From NCBI GenBank assembly GCA_040954595.2, contig CM082581.2, positions 13,775,921 through 13,839,920 on the forward strand: a DNA stretch of 64,000 nt, written 5' to 3'. A program made the position numbers and the translations under genes. The DNA is from Balanoglossus misakiensis. Lineage: Eukaryota > Animalia > Hemichordata. The first letter of the stretch is position 1. Each line of letters begins with the position of its first letter. Under the pieces are notes generated by a model, which ran no database searches, was not told the DNA's origin, and saw nothing but the letters and a program-made list of their open reading frames with translations. This document shows positions 14,501 through 26,599 of this stretch, in pieces.

Positions 14501-17500
14501 TAGTTCTAATTCATAATGATTTGACATGGTATATCTGCAATATCTGATAAATTAAAGTATTTTTGTGTATGCCATCTCAGTAGGGTCAGGCCGAGGCATA
14601 GGCAAACAACACTAACGTGATTTAATTGCCTGTCATCAATAGCAAAGTACATTGTTGAACCGATTAATGTTATCTGTACATATTTGCTCACGGGTGAGCT
14701 ATAGCCTGTATCGTTGCAAGTCTTGTCAGCGTCCGTAACGGTGGCATCCTGGTGAAATTGGAAATTCAGAGAGAGTATTGATTGACAAGTTAACCTCTAA
14801 ATGACCTCGGAGGCATTGTAAGTCATCAATTATCTTTAACAGATCCAGCCACCCCAAATGCGTTGTTCAAGATTCAACAGTTCACATTGCAGTAAGATTT
14901 GTTGAAATTGGAGATAGCAAATCCCGGTATCCAAGACACCTTTCAGTGAAAGGTAAATTCCCAAGAAGTGTGTGTTTGTGACTTCAGAAACTACGGCGTC
15001 AATTAATAGTTGGTAGCAAGAATTACTTGCTCTGTGAGAACAGCGCCCCCATACTGTAGACAATTCCACTGATATCGTTCTACCATCATGTGTTGCACTG
15101 TGTTAGAGGTCATACTGAAAAAAGCAGGCAGTTTCATATACACATGGCAGAGTGATTTGATCAAATTAAACGAGGATTACCATAATGAAACATCCATGTA
15201 TATTGTGTGATTACCGCCGGAGTTGTGTTGTTTGTGAATCTGTTTACCTAACTGAATGACTTCATGTTGAATAACAGTTCCCTCTCTCATATATCCTGGT
15301 TTCAGTATTTAAGGCTTATACACACAGTAACTGAGACGGTACGTCTCTTTAATACCTTATAATGCATGTAATTTCTTCAGTAAAAACAAAGGGCATTATA
15401 CACCCAGAACTCTAAAGAGGGCGCTTGTATCATGCAGATGTCACTTCATCACAAACCCCTCTCAGTTTAAGGAGCAAATTGAAATGGCTATATCCAACTA
15501 TTTCCTGCTGTTTGTCTCTGTAGCTGGTGACTTCATATGCAATGCTGCCCTCTCGTGGCAGCTGGACTTTTCTTTCATGTGCAACCAGTTTTTGGCTTGT
15601 TCAACTTTGCTTATATTTGTGTCTAATGAGTATTATTATCATTGATAAAGTAAAATTCACTACCAACAATAAAAGTAATTGCAAGAGCTAACTTTATATA
15701 AACACATAATCAAATGCTGGTGTTTGAAAATGCAGAAAAAATCATCAACATGACATGCACTGATCTGTAATGCCGCTACAGTCCCAGTGCTGTAGTTCAC
15801 AGAGATGTCAAATGGGAAAAGTGTGTGGAATGGCTGTACACAGGTCATATGTGCCAATAACGTTGATATATTTCACTCTCAATGGGGATGTCGGACATTA
15901 CGCCAGAAAGCGGTGATTTATATGCGAGCAGAGACGTGATTACACTATCAGTCCTGCCATTCTTCAACGTTCAAATATCACCATTTTGCACAAGACGTCC
16001 GCTTATTCTGTTTTGGAGCAGAATTATTACAGATCTTGGATGAAAATTATGCTTTGAAGTGATGATGTGCTTTTGACTAGATTATTGCGAGATTAGTACA
16101 ATGAAAATGATTTGATTGACTTTGTCTGTGTTACTGACAGTTTGAAATTTTCTCGTGATTGTCAAAGCATCAACCCGACATATTGCAAACAGCTGGAAAG
16201 ATTCTTTTCTCTATCAGATAGTCTGCAAGAGGTCACGACTGACTGACACGAAAACTTCTCTGTTTATGTTTTTTCTCATTTCATACAAAGATATGTACAG
16301 CTGATGGCAGGATAGATTTTCCCACAACCCCAAGTTCACTGTACACTGGTGTTGATATCTACTGTATGTTGGTGGTCCCTGGCGAGGACAGACCCAGCAT
16401 AGCTTTGGGTTCTGAAACTTGACTATGTGCTTTGCTCTGCTGGGGGAGGGACATCATCGTACAATCGAGAACCAGAACAGTGAAGCAAACTAACCATTGT
16501 CTGCTAAAACAGTTCTCCTACTAACTTTGGGGAGCGACCAACTGAGAAAAGATAGATGCAAACCACAGAGGATATGGGAAAGTCTAAAACCAGATTACAT
16601 TTTCTCAAATCAAATATTATTTCCTGGGCACAAACATTTTCAACTATTTCTACTGTTTCTGTTTGAAGAAGATAAGCTCCGATTATTTTGTTTCAAAAAA
16701 TGTCTGACAACCATGTGTGGGTTGTTTAGGCGATCGGACAGAAACCCGTAAATCAGTCAGAGTTGGTGTTATTTCTGCAAGACAGTGAATTCTGTCTGTC
16801 GTCTTGTAAAATATTTACACTCGGTGGCATCCCAACACACACAAACACCACATCACATTAAGATTCTGACGGAAGACAAGTGTTCCAGTGTGGACAGGTT
16901 TTCAACAGCATTAATGCATGCACACACAAAAATTTGAATCTGATATATCCACGAAGACTGAAACCATTGGCATCACATTACCTGTTAGACCACACAAATG
17001 TTGTTTAATCATTGACTAGTTTTAAGTTATAAATGTAACTCTATCTTTCAGGAAGCCTTTGAACTGACACTTGTTGAATTTTACACAGGGGTTCAGTTAC
17101 TATGGTGACATGTCATAAGATGGTAAAGTTGTATAGCTAAAAACAGTGACTGAATTGATCACAGCAACATTGGTGTTCTGGATCCATACATATAAGTAAC
17201 ACTCTGTCTCTACAAAGCCTATTAGCATTTCCTTGCTACTTGGTCGCACTTGGGATTAATGAACTGAATTAACAGGTTTTCTTGTCATTAATGGATCACA
17301 CCAATGGAACAATAGCTCATCTGTTCCTTGTCCGATGCAAAATTAATTTGCCTGAGTCACCAGGTACTAAACTAGGTTAATTATTCCCCCCTGCCCAAAA
17401 TAAACACCCAACGTCACTCTACAACAGAAATCATGCAAATCTACTTCCATACATTAATTATCTCATGCAAAACATGCTCCAAAAGTGGTACTGGCCTTGA

Positions 17501-18272
17501 ACTTGAAAGTGATCAATGGAAGTGAGAAGTGTAGCAATGACTCTGCTGCTATTATTCACTGACAACCACATCATTTATTCAGTTTCATTGATTTCTGATA
17601 TTTCTCTACAGTGAACGTAGAGAAATGGGTTAATTTTCTCTTGTTCTTAAATTGCACTGTATGTATGCATTCATACGATCGTCAAGTCTGGCCCAACAGG
17701 TCACCGCATAATTCAAATTCAAGGAATGGCTGGGGGGGAATGAGTAAATGATTTTAGTCAAAACTCTGAATAATAATTATGTATTGCAACGAGTAATAGA
17801 CAAGGAAATATCACCTGCCCCAAGGAAATACAACTCGGCCTGAGGGACCAAACTCTAACAGTAATCAACAAAGGCATTTGTCTTGTGCGACATTTTACTG
17901 ATCATGTAACACCGATAATTTCCTGAGAGAGTGCGGATTTGAGCCAATAATGACAAATTCCAGCGGCCCTCCAATTCCTGTCGGAGCATGTTCAAACTCT
18001 GGATAGCAGAAGGCATGGGTAGTGGATGACCCCGTGTAATTTGAAATCATTTATTGTGAAAAAGTTGTCACGGCTAGCGTGGTCGGGTACGGGGAACGGA
18101 ATGACAAACGTCAAAAGTGATTGGCTTCATTTGCATCTTAATTTACAGCTCTGCCGGTTTAAATGGCAAGCTGGTATGAATAAAGCGGGCAAAAAGTCAC
18201 CGAGTTAAGTCGAAATGTTCACAATGCTGTACACACCGTCTAACATGTTTTCACATTTGGTCTTCCTTGCAG

Positions 18273-20435
18273 GGACGGCCGGGAATAATCAAGGGGATAG
18301 TGTGGATCTTCCGATGAAATGCCGGGTTTGCGGTGATAAGGCGTCCGGATTTCATTATGGAGTACACGCTTGCGAAGGATGCAAAGTAAGTTCATTTTCA
18401 GAAAAAGAAGAAAATTCTGAACTGTTGGTTCCATTTCTAGTGCCAGTGTCTGTTTCTCTGGGCACATATCCTCTGACAGTTGTGTAGCAATTCTCAGATT
18501 TTTCAATCTTAACTTAAGCAGAATAAGGAAAAAATGTGAATCTAAATGTTTGTGGTTTAGATCAGAACGGGAGTGATTTTATATGCTGAATATGAATTCA
18601 TGTCAGTATAGTCACTGACCGTACTTGTTCTCCATTGCCAGCAGCACCATGTTGATTTGCTACTCTGCTTTGCAAAGTTACTTTGTGGCTTTTCGCTTAA
18701 GTGCATCAGGTTTGGCCGGAGATTTGTGTAAATAATCCTACATGAATGCTTGCTTTTGCTGAAGGTGAATACTGATAACTTTGTAGGCAAGATCATGGAA
18801 AACACTAGGAAAGACAGGATAGCTTCTATGGCATGTTGGTAATGTTGGACCTCTAAAGAGGGAACTGGGGGCAAAAGGGTTAAATAATGTATACTTTATC
18901 ATGAGACAAAACTACAGCAGTGTCACTTTTGTCTTCTTGCATTCCTCAACAGGGATTTTTCAGACGAACCCATCGAATGAAATTAGTTTACAAGCCTTGT
19001 CCATATGTGAAGACAGAACCTTGTAAAATAAATGTGGCCACCAGAAACAAGTGTCAATACTGCAGGTTTCAGAAGTGTATTTCTGTGGGAATGTCGCATG
19101 GAGGTAAGACATTTCTTCTTCAATTTTAAACCTTGTTTTGCATAATGCAAACAAATCACCTCAACATATTTTCTGTTGAAATTAAAAGAAATCCATGAAA
19201 AAAAAATCATTGTCCTGTTCATCTCTGCTTTTTTCACCAGCCTCGAGGTTTGGCCGAATGCCCAAGGAAGAAAGACTGAAAATCCTTGAAGAGATCAACC
19301 AAGAGGCTGATTCAGCGACGGAAGATGAGAAGAGACGAACCCTGCTGAGAGAATTCACAGACAATGTCCATCAAGCTTTCAAACTAGTCTTCAGGAATGG
19401 CTACAATAAAGTGAGGCAAGACATCAAGGAGAACACACAGGTATGAAGAGATAGGATGTATGTGGGCAAGTCAAATGTTGTCTTAGTGTCATAGTGGGAT
19501 ATTTGTGCCATAATCTTATGACTGCCTTTGTTATGGCTCAAGTATATGTTTCATGGTTAAAAAAGTGTTCTGTCTTTGTTATTCTTTTGCAGCCCAAACC
19601 TTCAGAGGTAAGCCAGCCAATGAGAGAAATGGTGGACCCGATTGAAATTGGCACAACCTTGGCCAGAATCACCAATCACAGCGTGGAACAAGTTGCAAGG
19701 TTTGCCAAAGCTGCCCTACCTCTCTTTCGTGCCTTGGAACTCGGCGACCAAGTGACACTTTTAAAATTCTCTGCGTTTGAAATAGTTCTGGTGATCGCGT
19801 CGACACGGTACACCGCTGATGGACTTTGGTTCCCGGAGGATGGTGTCTACATTAAAAAGGATGTGATTATGCACACGTCCATGAAGGAGTTCTACGAGTC
19901 AAAACTCAACTTCTTTGAGAAGATGTCCAGACTGAATTTAACAGAAAGAGAACTCGCTCTCTTCTGTGCGCTTGTCATTGTTTCTCCAGGTGAGTTAGAT
20001 AACTTCGTTGTCATTCTTGTTGTTGTTGTTGTGCGGACTTGATTGTGTTGTGGATTGGTGTGGGCTAGGTCTGTGTTTGAATCCGCTAAAATTCAAGTCA
20101 TTTCCCATATTCTCCCACTGACTTTCAATGATGTGTACTGATTTTGGACAATGTATATTCCAACTCTTTTAGACCGAGAAGATCTGGACGCCCGTGACGA
20201 CGTTGAAAAATACCAAGAGCAAGTGATCGAAGCCATGCAGCAAGAATTGTCACAGAACCATCCAAACACGCAAATGCTCTTACCACACATTATTGGGCGC
20301 CTTGTCGATCTGAGGCAACTGGTGCCAGAACATATCCATTACGTGAAAAAATACCTTCAGATGTCGATAACACCGACAGGCACGCTAGCAGATCCTAGCC
20401 CACTCATGAGAGAGGTCTTTGGATTGACCACGTGA
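18273..20435 (+). CDS. PPAR: PPAR-like nuclear receptor (NR1C group), paralog A; 5 coding exons found, first coding exon not located
   Basis: Exons 18273-18385, 18953-19103, 19241-19440, 19593-19989, 20173-20435, with GT-AG introns of phase 0,1,0,1 and a phase-1 acceptor before 18273. The [25 protein letters not shown]|[13 protein letters not shown]...[26 protein letters not shown] closely matches vertebrate PPAR DBD and hinge. The LBD has [16 protein letters not shown], helix 10/11 LRQLVPEH and AF-2 PLMREVF. Confidence 0.93.
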
Positions 20436-22104
20436 AGTCTAGCCCCCCCCATGTCAACTCTCAGGACCGGTGCTGTGAACAGTTTGTTGTGTAAACGGCA
20501 CAATATGAAGCAGATGCTGCTACAAGAAAGTGACTGTTACAGAAAATAATTAGATTCAAACAGAAAATATGAAATCCTTATCCGATCACCTTTTTAGAGT
20601 GACTGCCAGGGAGATCATTGTCGCCGTGGAAACTAGGCAAACTTGCGAGTCAGCCAATCACGCCTATGGTGTGTTTGTAAACAGGAAAGTCGCACACGCT
20701 CAGTTCAGACAACACTCACCCTTCAAACCTATGGTTTGACTCTTCACCATAATGTTATGGTGTGATACCACTGCTTTCCTTGACATGGTTGGACCCACGT
20801 CCAAGAAACAGTTATCGTTGTTCATGTTCAAGTCTGTACATTTTGTTGTTGTGTTGTGCTTCTCTGCATGTGTACAGTTGTCTACGGTGCTACCAACACT
20901 CTTCCCACCATGCATTGCAATCCAAGGTCCAGAGAGTTGTCCTCAGATCACATGATGTATTTATGATATATTTTCCTGAGCAATGTGTGGTGGAACTCTG
21001 GCCATACACCAATGAACTTGGAGGAAGAAACTAGCCATAAGATAAATGCATTTTTTATTTTAAATGACAAAGCATTTCTAATTTTTTTATGTATAGAAAA
21101 TTAGTGATATTTTCATGTTATTGTATTAAGTGAAATGTAGTGAGTTTTTATGTTAGTTGTTATATGATCATCAATGTGGAAAGTATGATCTTTGTAAAAA
21201 AATGGTTGTGAAACTTTTGCCCAGCGTTATTTCTTACTTAAACAAAACCATTCTTTGCTTTGAATGGAAAGTAGGTGTAGTGTTTTCAGTATTTTGATAT
21301 TTTGCTCGTCTATCAACAAATTTTTTTTTGTTTTCCCATTAACAGCATGATGAAGTGTTTAGTACTCATGTATATGTGTAGTTTTTCTGTCGTTGTTACT
21401 GATGGAAGTCTCTGTTCATTCAAGCTGTTTCAGCTTTTTGATAATGTCGACCAAGAAAAAGCATAGTTGAAAAGAAAAGAACAGCTAGCTACTCAGTGAA
21501 ATTTACAGTTGAAGCAGATTCACATTCTAGACAAGCATACCTCAATTTAAATCAACCCAAGATCTTATTTGCATTTAGACAATTTTAGTTGGTGATTCAT
21601 TTTTTCACAAAAACACATTTTTCAACAAAAACACAACAAAAAAGTTGCAGTTTATAGAGAAAAGATACACATTGCATATTATATTTATTAGCACTGTCTT
21701 TGTCATTTTCCATTTCAGCAGATCTTGACTCAAAACTTTCTAATTTTTTCTCTTCAACTTCGTTGTCCTGACAACCCTGAATATGGCTGACACAAGGTTT
21801 CCAACTACTATAATTGTCTTTGGCTAATCGATTATTAAGTGCAGCACTGGTCATTATTATTTGCATTTTGTAGTTGGCTACACCTGTCTTAGCCTCCAGT
21901 AAAGATTCACTATTTTACATAGATAAGTTTTTCTGCCACGAAACTAGCTCAAGATGTTTCTTTGGCCTTTTTGTATAATAATGTCTTTGTAAGTTGGGCA
22001 AAACAAAAATATGGTAAAACTTAAAAAAAAGAGAAAAAAAGGAAAGGTCTTAAATTGTAAGGCTAATGAACTGCCTTGTCATGAACAACTGGTTCAGAAT
22101 TACA

Positions 22105-22110
22105 AATAAA
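22105..22110 (+). terminator. Candidate polyadenylation signal (AATAAA) of PPAR-A
   Basis: AATAAA at the end of a 1.7 kb U-rich 3'UTR-like stretch following the stop at 20435. Confidence 0.5.
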
Positions 22111-22203
22111 ATTTTACTCAAAGGTATTTTGTGACCCCCTGATCCCTGACCTTTGACATTTTCACGGCAGGTGAAGCATTTTACTATCTGCTATAATCTT
22201 ATT

Positions 22204-22209
22204 TTTATT
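22204..22209 (-). terminator. Candidate polyadenylation signal (AATAAA) of PPAR-B
   Basis: TTTATT on + (AATAAA on -), 0.9 kb downstream of the PPAR-B stop. Confidence 0.45.
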
Positions 22210-23112
22210 TCAGAGTAGGAAAATCTTGAAATGTTGTTATTTGTATATGAAATTGATGTCAAAAATGAGCATTTAAATTGGATAAACCAGATACTAAACA
22301 GAATAGGACAACAAACTTTCGTGAAAGGATTCATCGCCATCGTAATTGTAAATTTTACTTGAGAGGTCTGTTTTGTCTTTTGTCGTCTCTTTGATTTAAA
22401 AAGGGGGTGATAAGCCTCTCTGGTTGTATATAGTGTGTTGGAATGTGAGAATTGAACAGATTTGTGTTCAAAGTCAATTTTGAATCTTGAAAGGAATTCA
22501 CGGTTTCATCTTTTGGTGAAATTATGTTTTGATAGTTTTGTAAAAGTGAAGTATGCTGCTGTATCTTGTGGTAGATCCATAGATGTAATAAACCGAACAA
22601 ACCAAACAGTTGAATGTTTTCTTATCCTGTTTTTCCAAGTTGAAGTTAGCTGTAGATAGTATTTTCATCAACAAACATGTGAACTACCTCAAACTGGACA
22701 TTTTCAAGAAGCCAGGTGTGGTGTCGATCGGAACGCGACCCAGGAACACAGGAGGTTTCACTTTTGTGGCAAAAATGGAAAAATAAATTCATTTGCAAGT
22801 ACAAAATTTTAACTGTTAAATTTCCGGGAACGCTGGTCGTCTAAGTGAACTTCTATCGATGTCGCCATAGCAACTCGTCCAAAACTGCACATAGTTTTGT
22901 GTTTGTGATGTTTTGTCCTTGATTCGGCAAGATGGGATATCATAACACGGTGTCCCATATAGTGGCTTTATGAGAGAGAAAAACATGGTGACACTTTCAC
23001 TATTTCCATTGTCTTTGACATGAAAATAGAGTATCTAGTGAAGTATTGCCATTGACCTTTGCATATATCTGTTACAATAAGGTTTTCTTTCACATGTATG
23101 ACCTGTTATCCA

Positions 23113-26100
23113 TCAGAATGTGTTAGAAAGACCAAAAATCTCCCTCAACAAAGGCGTTGGGCCCAGAGTGTCCGGACCGTGGTCCTGTAGTGTTTGCACG
23201 TGTTCTGGCATCATTTGCCGGAGTTCGACCAATCGAGAAATTACTTTGGGAAACATGAGGGGGTCACTGGGATGATTTTGACTCAACTCTGACCTCAAAC
23301 AATCCACCAGATATTCCTGAAACTTTTCCACTCGGTTTCGTTCGGTCAGGTCTTCTCTGTCTGGAAAAAAAAAATCGGGAGAATATTGTGTGAGGAATAC
23401 ATAGAAAATCTGTCTACGTTTGTCCTTGCTAAAAATTGAAGCCAAAGCATGCTTTTCTGAAGTATGCGCACGTGTTGTCTTACCCGGTGATGCCAGAACC
23501 AATGCGCACAAGAGCGCCACCTCGCGTTCAGTCATATACATTTTGTTTATTTTGTCGTAGAATTTGAATTTGGATTCAAACAGCGGCTGTATTTTCAGAG
23601 ACACCAATGTTTCTTGCTTGACGCAAACACCGTGCTCGGGAAACCAAAGACCGTCGGCTGTGTATCTCGTCGCCGCCATGATGAGATAAACCTCGAAGGC
23701 CGCGTATTTCAGAAGGGTCACCTGGTCGCCAAGGTTGAGAGCACGGAATTCTGGGAGTGCCGTCTTGGCGAATCGGGCAACTTTCTCCACGATATCCGTC
23801 GCCCAGTGACGCAGTACACCACAGATTTCAGTGTTGTCAAACATTTCCCTCATGGGGCTAATCTGATCAACGATATACTGAAAGCGAAAAAAAGTAAAGA
23901 AAGGTCAAAGAATCAGTACAGTTGCGCATAAAATCCCGAAATTGAAAAAAAATGGAGGCGATACAAAGCAGAAAGTATTGTTGAAATCCCTCCTCACATT
24001 TTCTCGTATCTGTCTGCTGCTTCTGTATTGTTTGAAAATATCTCTGAAGCAGTGGTGGATACCGTCGGTGAACTCGCGAAGTTCAGATCTGCGCTTTTCC
24101 TCTATGGTGGCGCTGTTTGCTTCCTGTTGGATCTCCCGTAGAATTTTCAACCTCTCTTCTCGGGGCATTCGACCAAACCTCGACGCTAGTTTAAGAAAGA
24201 AATTACAAATAGAGTTATCTGATATAGTAAATTGTTCTTAGAAAATTTCACCATGTGTTCTAGATTTTTTACGTTGTTTACACATGCACAAGTCTGCCCT
24301 GCCTGAGTTAAAACAAGATACTGAATATAGACATGTATATGCGAGAATCTTCCATTGATCCTTACTACAAATGAATATGCTCTGTCTCTGTGTGTCTGTA
24401 GAGGGAAATGGAGAATGAAGTGTTCTTCATTCCACACGCGTTTCGTTTACTCACCTCCTAGCGACATGCCAACACTGATGCATTTCTGAAATCGACAAAA
24501 TTGACACTTGTTTCGAGTGGCCATGTTGATGTCACAGGGCACAGTGTTTAAGAAAGGGCATCTCCTGTATTCCAGTTTCATTCGGTGCGTCCGTCTGAAA
24601 AAGCCCTGAAATGTAACACCAATAGATGATGCGGGTTAGGTTTGAGCTTTCCGGTGACGTCATTATTTCAATATTGTTAAAGTTTTACCATCACTCAAAT
24701 GTTATCGCAATCGGTATATAACGTATTGCAACAAGATGATAAGGAGGACAACTTACTCACACCGTTAAAATCACAGAAATCTGCAAATATTTGATCAGAT
24801 ATAAAATGGATATAGCGACCGCTTATTTTCTCTGTAGGTCACTGACCTTTTGGCCTATATTTTACATTAAGTTATAATACCAGGCAAATTAAGCTAAATT
24901 ATCTTGTGGCATTATAGCTGCAATGATTGTAGCGGCCGGTGCTGCTTGGTTGACTGGTGTGCAGTGGCATTAGTGGTCTAGTCTTTAATGGGAAAATAAG
25001 TGAAGATTAGACGTTCTCCATGGTAACGCCATCAATGATTAGACCCATTCCGACATTTATCTGTATCATGTTGGACTCATGCATTGTTCGAACGGCCTGT
25101 GTGATCTGGGGCGCCACAATTTCAAACATTTATTGAATGGTGAAACATTGATATTCCATTGATCTGCGACGCATCTTTCTCCTCGCTGTTTTTTTATCAA
25201 CGCCGTTTTTTAAAGTTTCAATTTACATTATATGGCGGAATACGCTCTGATATGATTATTAAATAAATAAAATAACGACTCTTCGCTAAATAATTCACAG
25301 TACATTAATTGGATCTGGACACGAAACAAACCACCTGCAAATTTAATTTCCGCGACTTTAAATACTTGACCACGATGCATGTTGACCTGTGGTATCGTCT
25401 ACATGAACAGTTGGTTGGAGGTGGTGGTACCATGCATATATTTTATAGCTCCCTCGTCTGCATCCGCTACGTGGTTGGATGATAATAGTGGTATGATTCC
25501 TTGCATTTTGTGCTGCCTGTAAGACGAGCTTAGTCATCGTGATAATCCTGATTTTAGTTTCCTTCATTCCTCCCCCCTCCATCACTCCCTCCCTCCCTTG
25601 ACTCTCCCCTAAATGACCACAGCTTTGCTATCAAAGAAGCGTAGCCGTAGGTTCATACGCGGTTGCGCCAAACTACATGTACCACTAGTCCAGATTCAAG
25701 TTAGAAATACAGAACTTCTTACCTTACAACCTTCACATGCATGTACACCGTAATGAAATCCCGATGCTCTGTCGCCGCACACACGGCATTTCATTGGCAA
25801 GTCTACATAATCAGTCTTCTCCGAATCAAGTACATCTTGGTCTTCTTTAAAGCCGTTTACATCTGAAACAATAAAAAACGAGCAAACAAACTTGCATATA
25901 ATAAATAATATTAACAAAGAAAATAAAAACAAATGTGGTTGAGTGTTCCGTCGGTGGTTCATAGATACGGGTAATCGGTTAGGGAAGGTCAAGAGTATTT
26001 TCGGATTATACTCATACGACACTATATGCATAGCACAAGTGAACATTTTCATGGATACCAGGCGCTTTATAATTTTTTATCGTATCGTGTCGTACAACTT

Positions 26101-26599
26101 TCATCGTAACGGTAAGTTTGACCTGCTATCAACAATAAATACTTTCGTTTTCGATTACTTTCAGTTATACGACGACACATGTGGGCCATTTAACCTTAAG
26201 GTTTTTGTTGTACCAATATACGTAATATAGCACGCTCTGGTTCATATCTGGTGCATGTAGACTAATTTAGAACCCTGTAGCATACGTCTAGGTACTATCC
26301 AGTACATGCGGGCCGGCCTTCAGCAACACAGCTATAGAATCTGGCCGAAGGGACCAACGGCACAAGATTGCGTCAGGAAAACAAAGTTGAAACATTCACA
26401 AGCAAACAATTACCATCAGGTAAATATAGGCCAGTAAATCACAGATACACAGTTCGAGTACATTCTATGACCCGGTCCTGGCGTCCGACGTGGGATCATA
26501 AAACTCGTCCACAGCGCAATAACACAGCTCACAATTCATGTACCCTTAGCATAACGCGCCGCGCACAGACTCACCTCGTTGGTAATTGAGGGTTTCCAT
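23113..26599 (-). CDS. PPAR: PPAR-like nuclear receptor (NR1C group), paralog B; complete 6-exon model, 381 aa
   Basis: Exons on minus: 26599-26575 (Kozak-like gtcgccATGG; METLNYQR), 25862-25723, 24605-24455, 24185-23998, 23877-23484, 23360-23113. Total 1146 nt = 382 codons including the stop. [25 protein letters not shown]|[24 protein letters not shown]...[12 protein letters not shown]; [32 protein letters not shown]. The second DBD exon is 151 nt in both paralogs. Confidence 0.94.
24836..24861. promoter_or_regulatory. Composite nuclear-receptor response element (perfect IR1 overlapping a DR2) in PPAR-B intron 2
   Basis: AGGTCA-c-TGACCT (24836-24848) followed by tt-TGGCCT-atatt; the minus strand reads AATAT-AGGCCA-aa-AGGTCA. 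Confidence 0.4.

Noticed and set aside
14560-14760. Possible interspersed-element remnant (ggtgagctatag..gcgtccgt); similar hints at 31130-31270 and 52440-52830
   Set aside because: No definable termini, target-site duplications or second copy in the window; a repeat library search is needed.
16378-16430. Hammerhead-ribozyme-like pattern (ctggcgag..stem..gaaac); similar partial patterns near 7279 and 40043
   Set aside because: The core CUGANGA/GAAA is mismatched or mis-spaced, and stems I and III cannot be formed convincingly.
1-18200. Short ORFs in the track (e.g. 799-1038, 12146-12475, 9297-9563)
   Set aside because: No recognisable motifs, lengths as expected by chance, and no supporting exon chains.
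23614-24241. Plus-strand ORFs of 105 and 99 aa
   Set aside because: Antisense shadows of PPAR-B exons.
18273-26599. Alternative assignment of the receptors as E75/REV-ERB (NR1D)
   Set aside because: HACEGCKGFFRRTxRMKLxY, [18 protein letters not shown] and an intact helix-12 PLL/MRE[I/V]F fit PPAR better. Phylogeny is needed for certainty.
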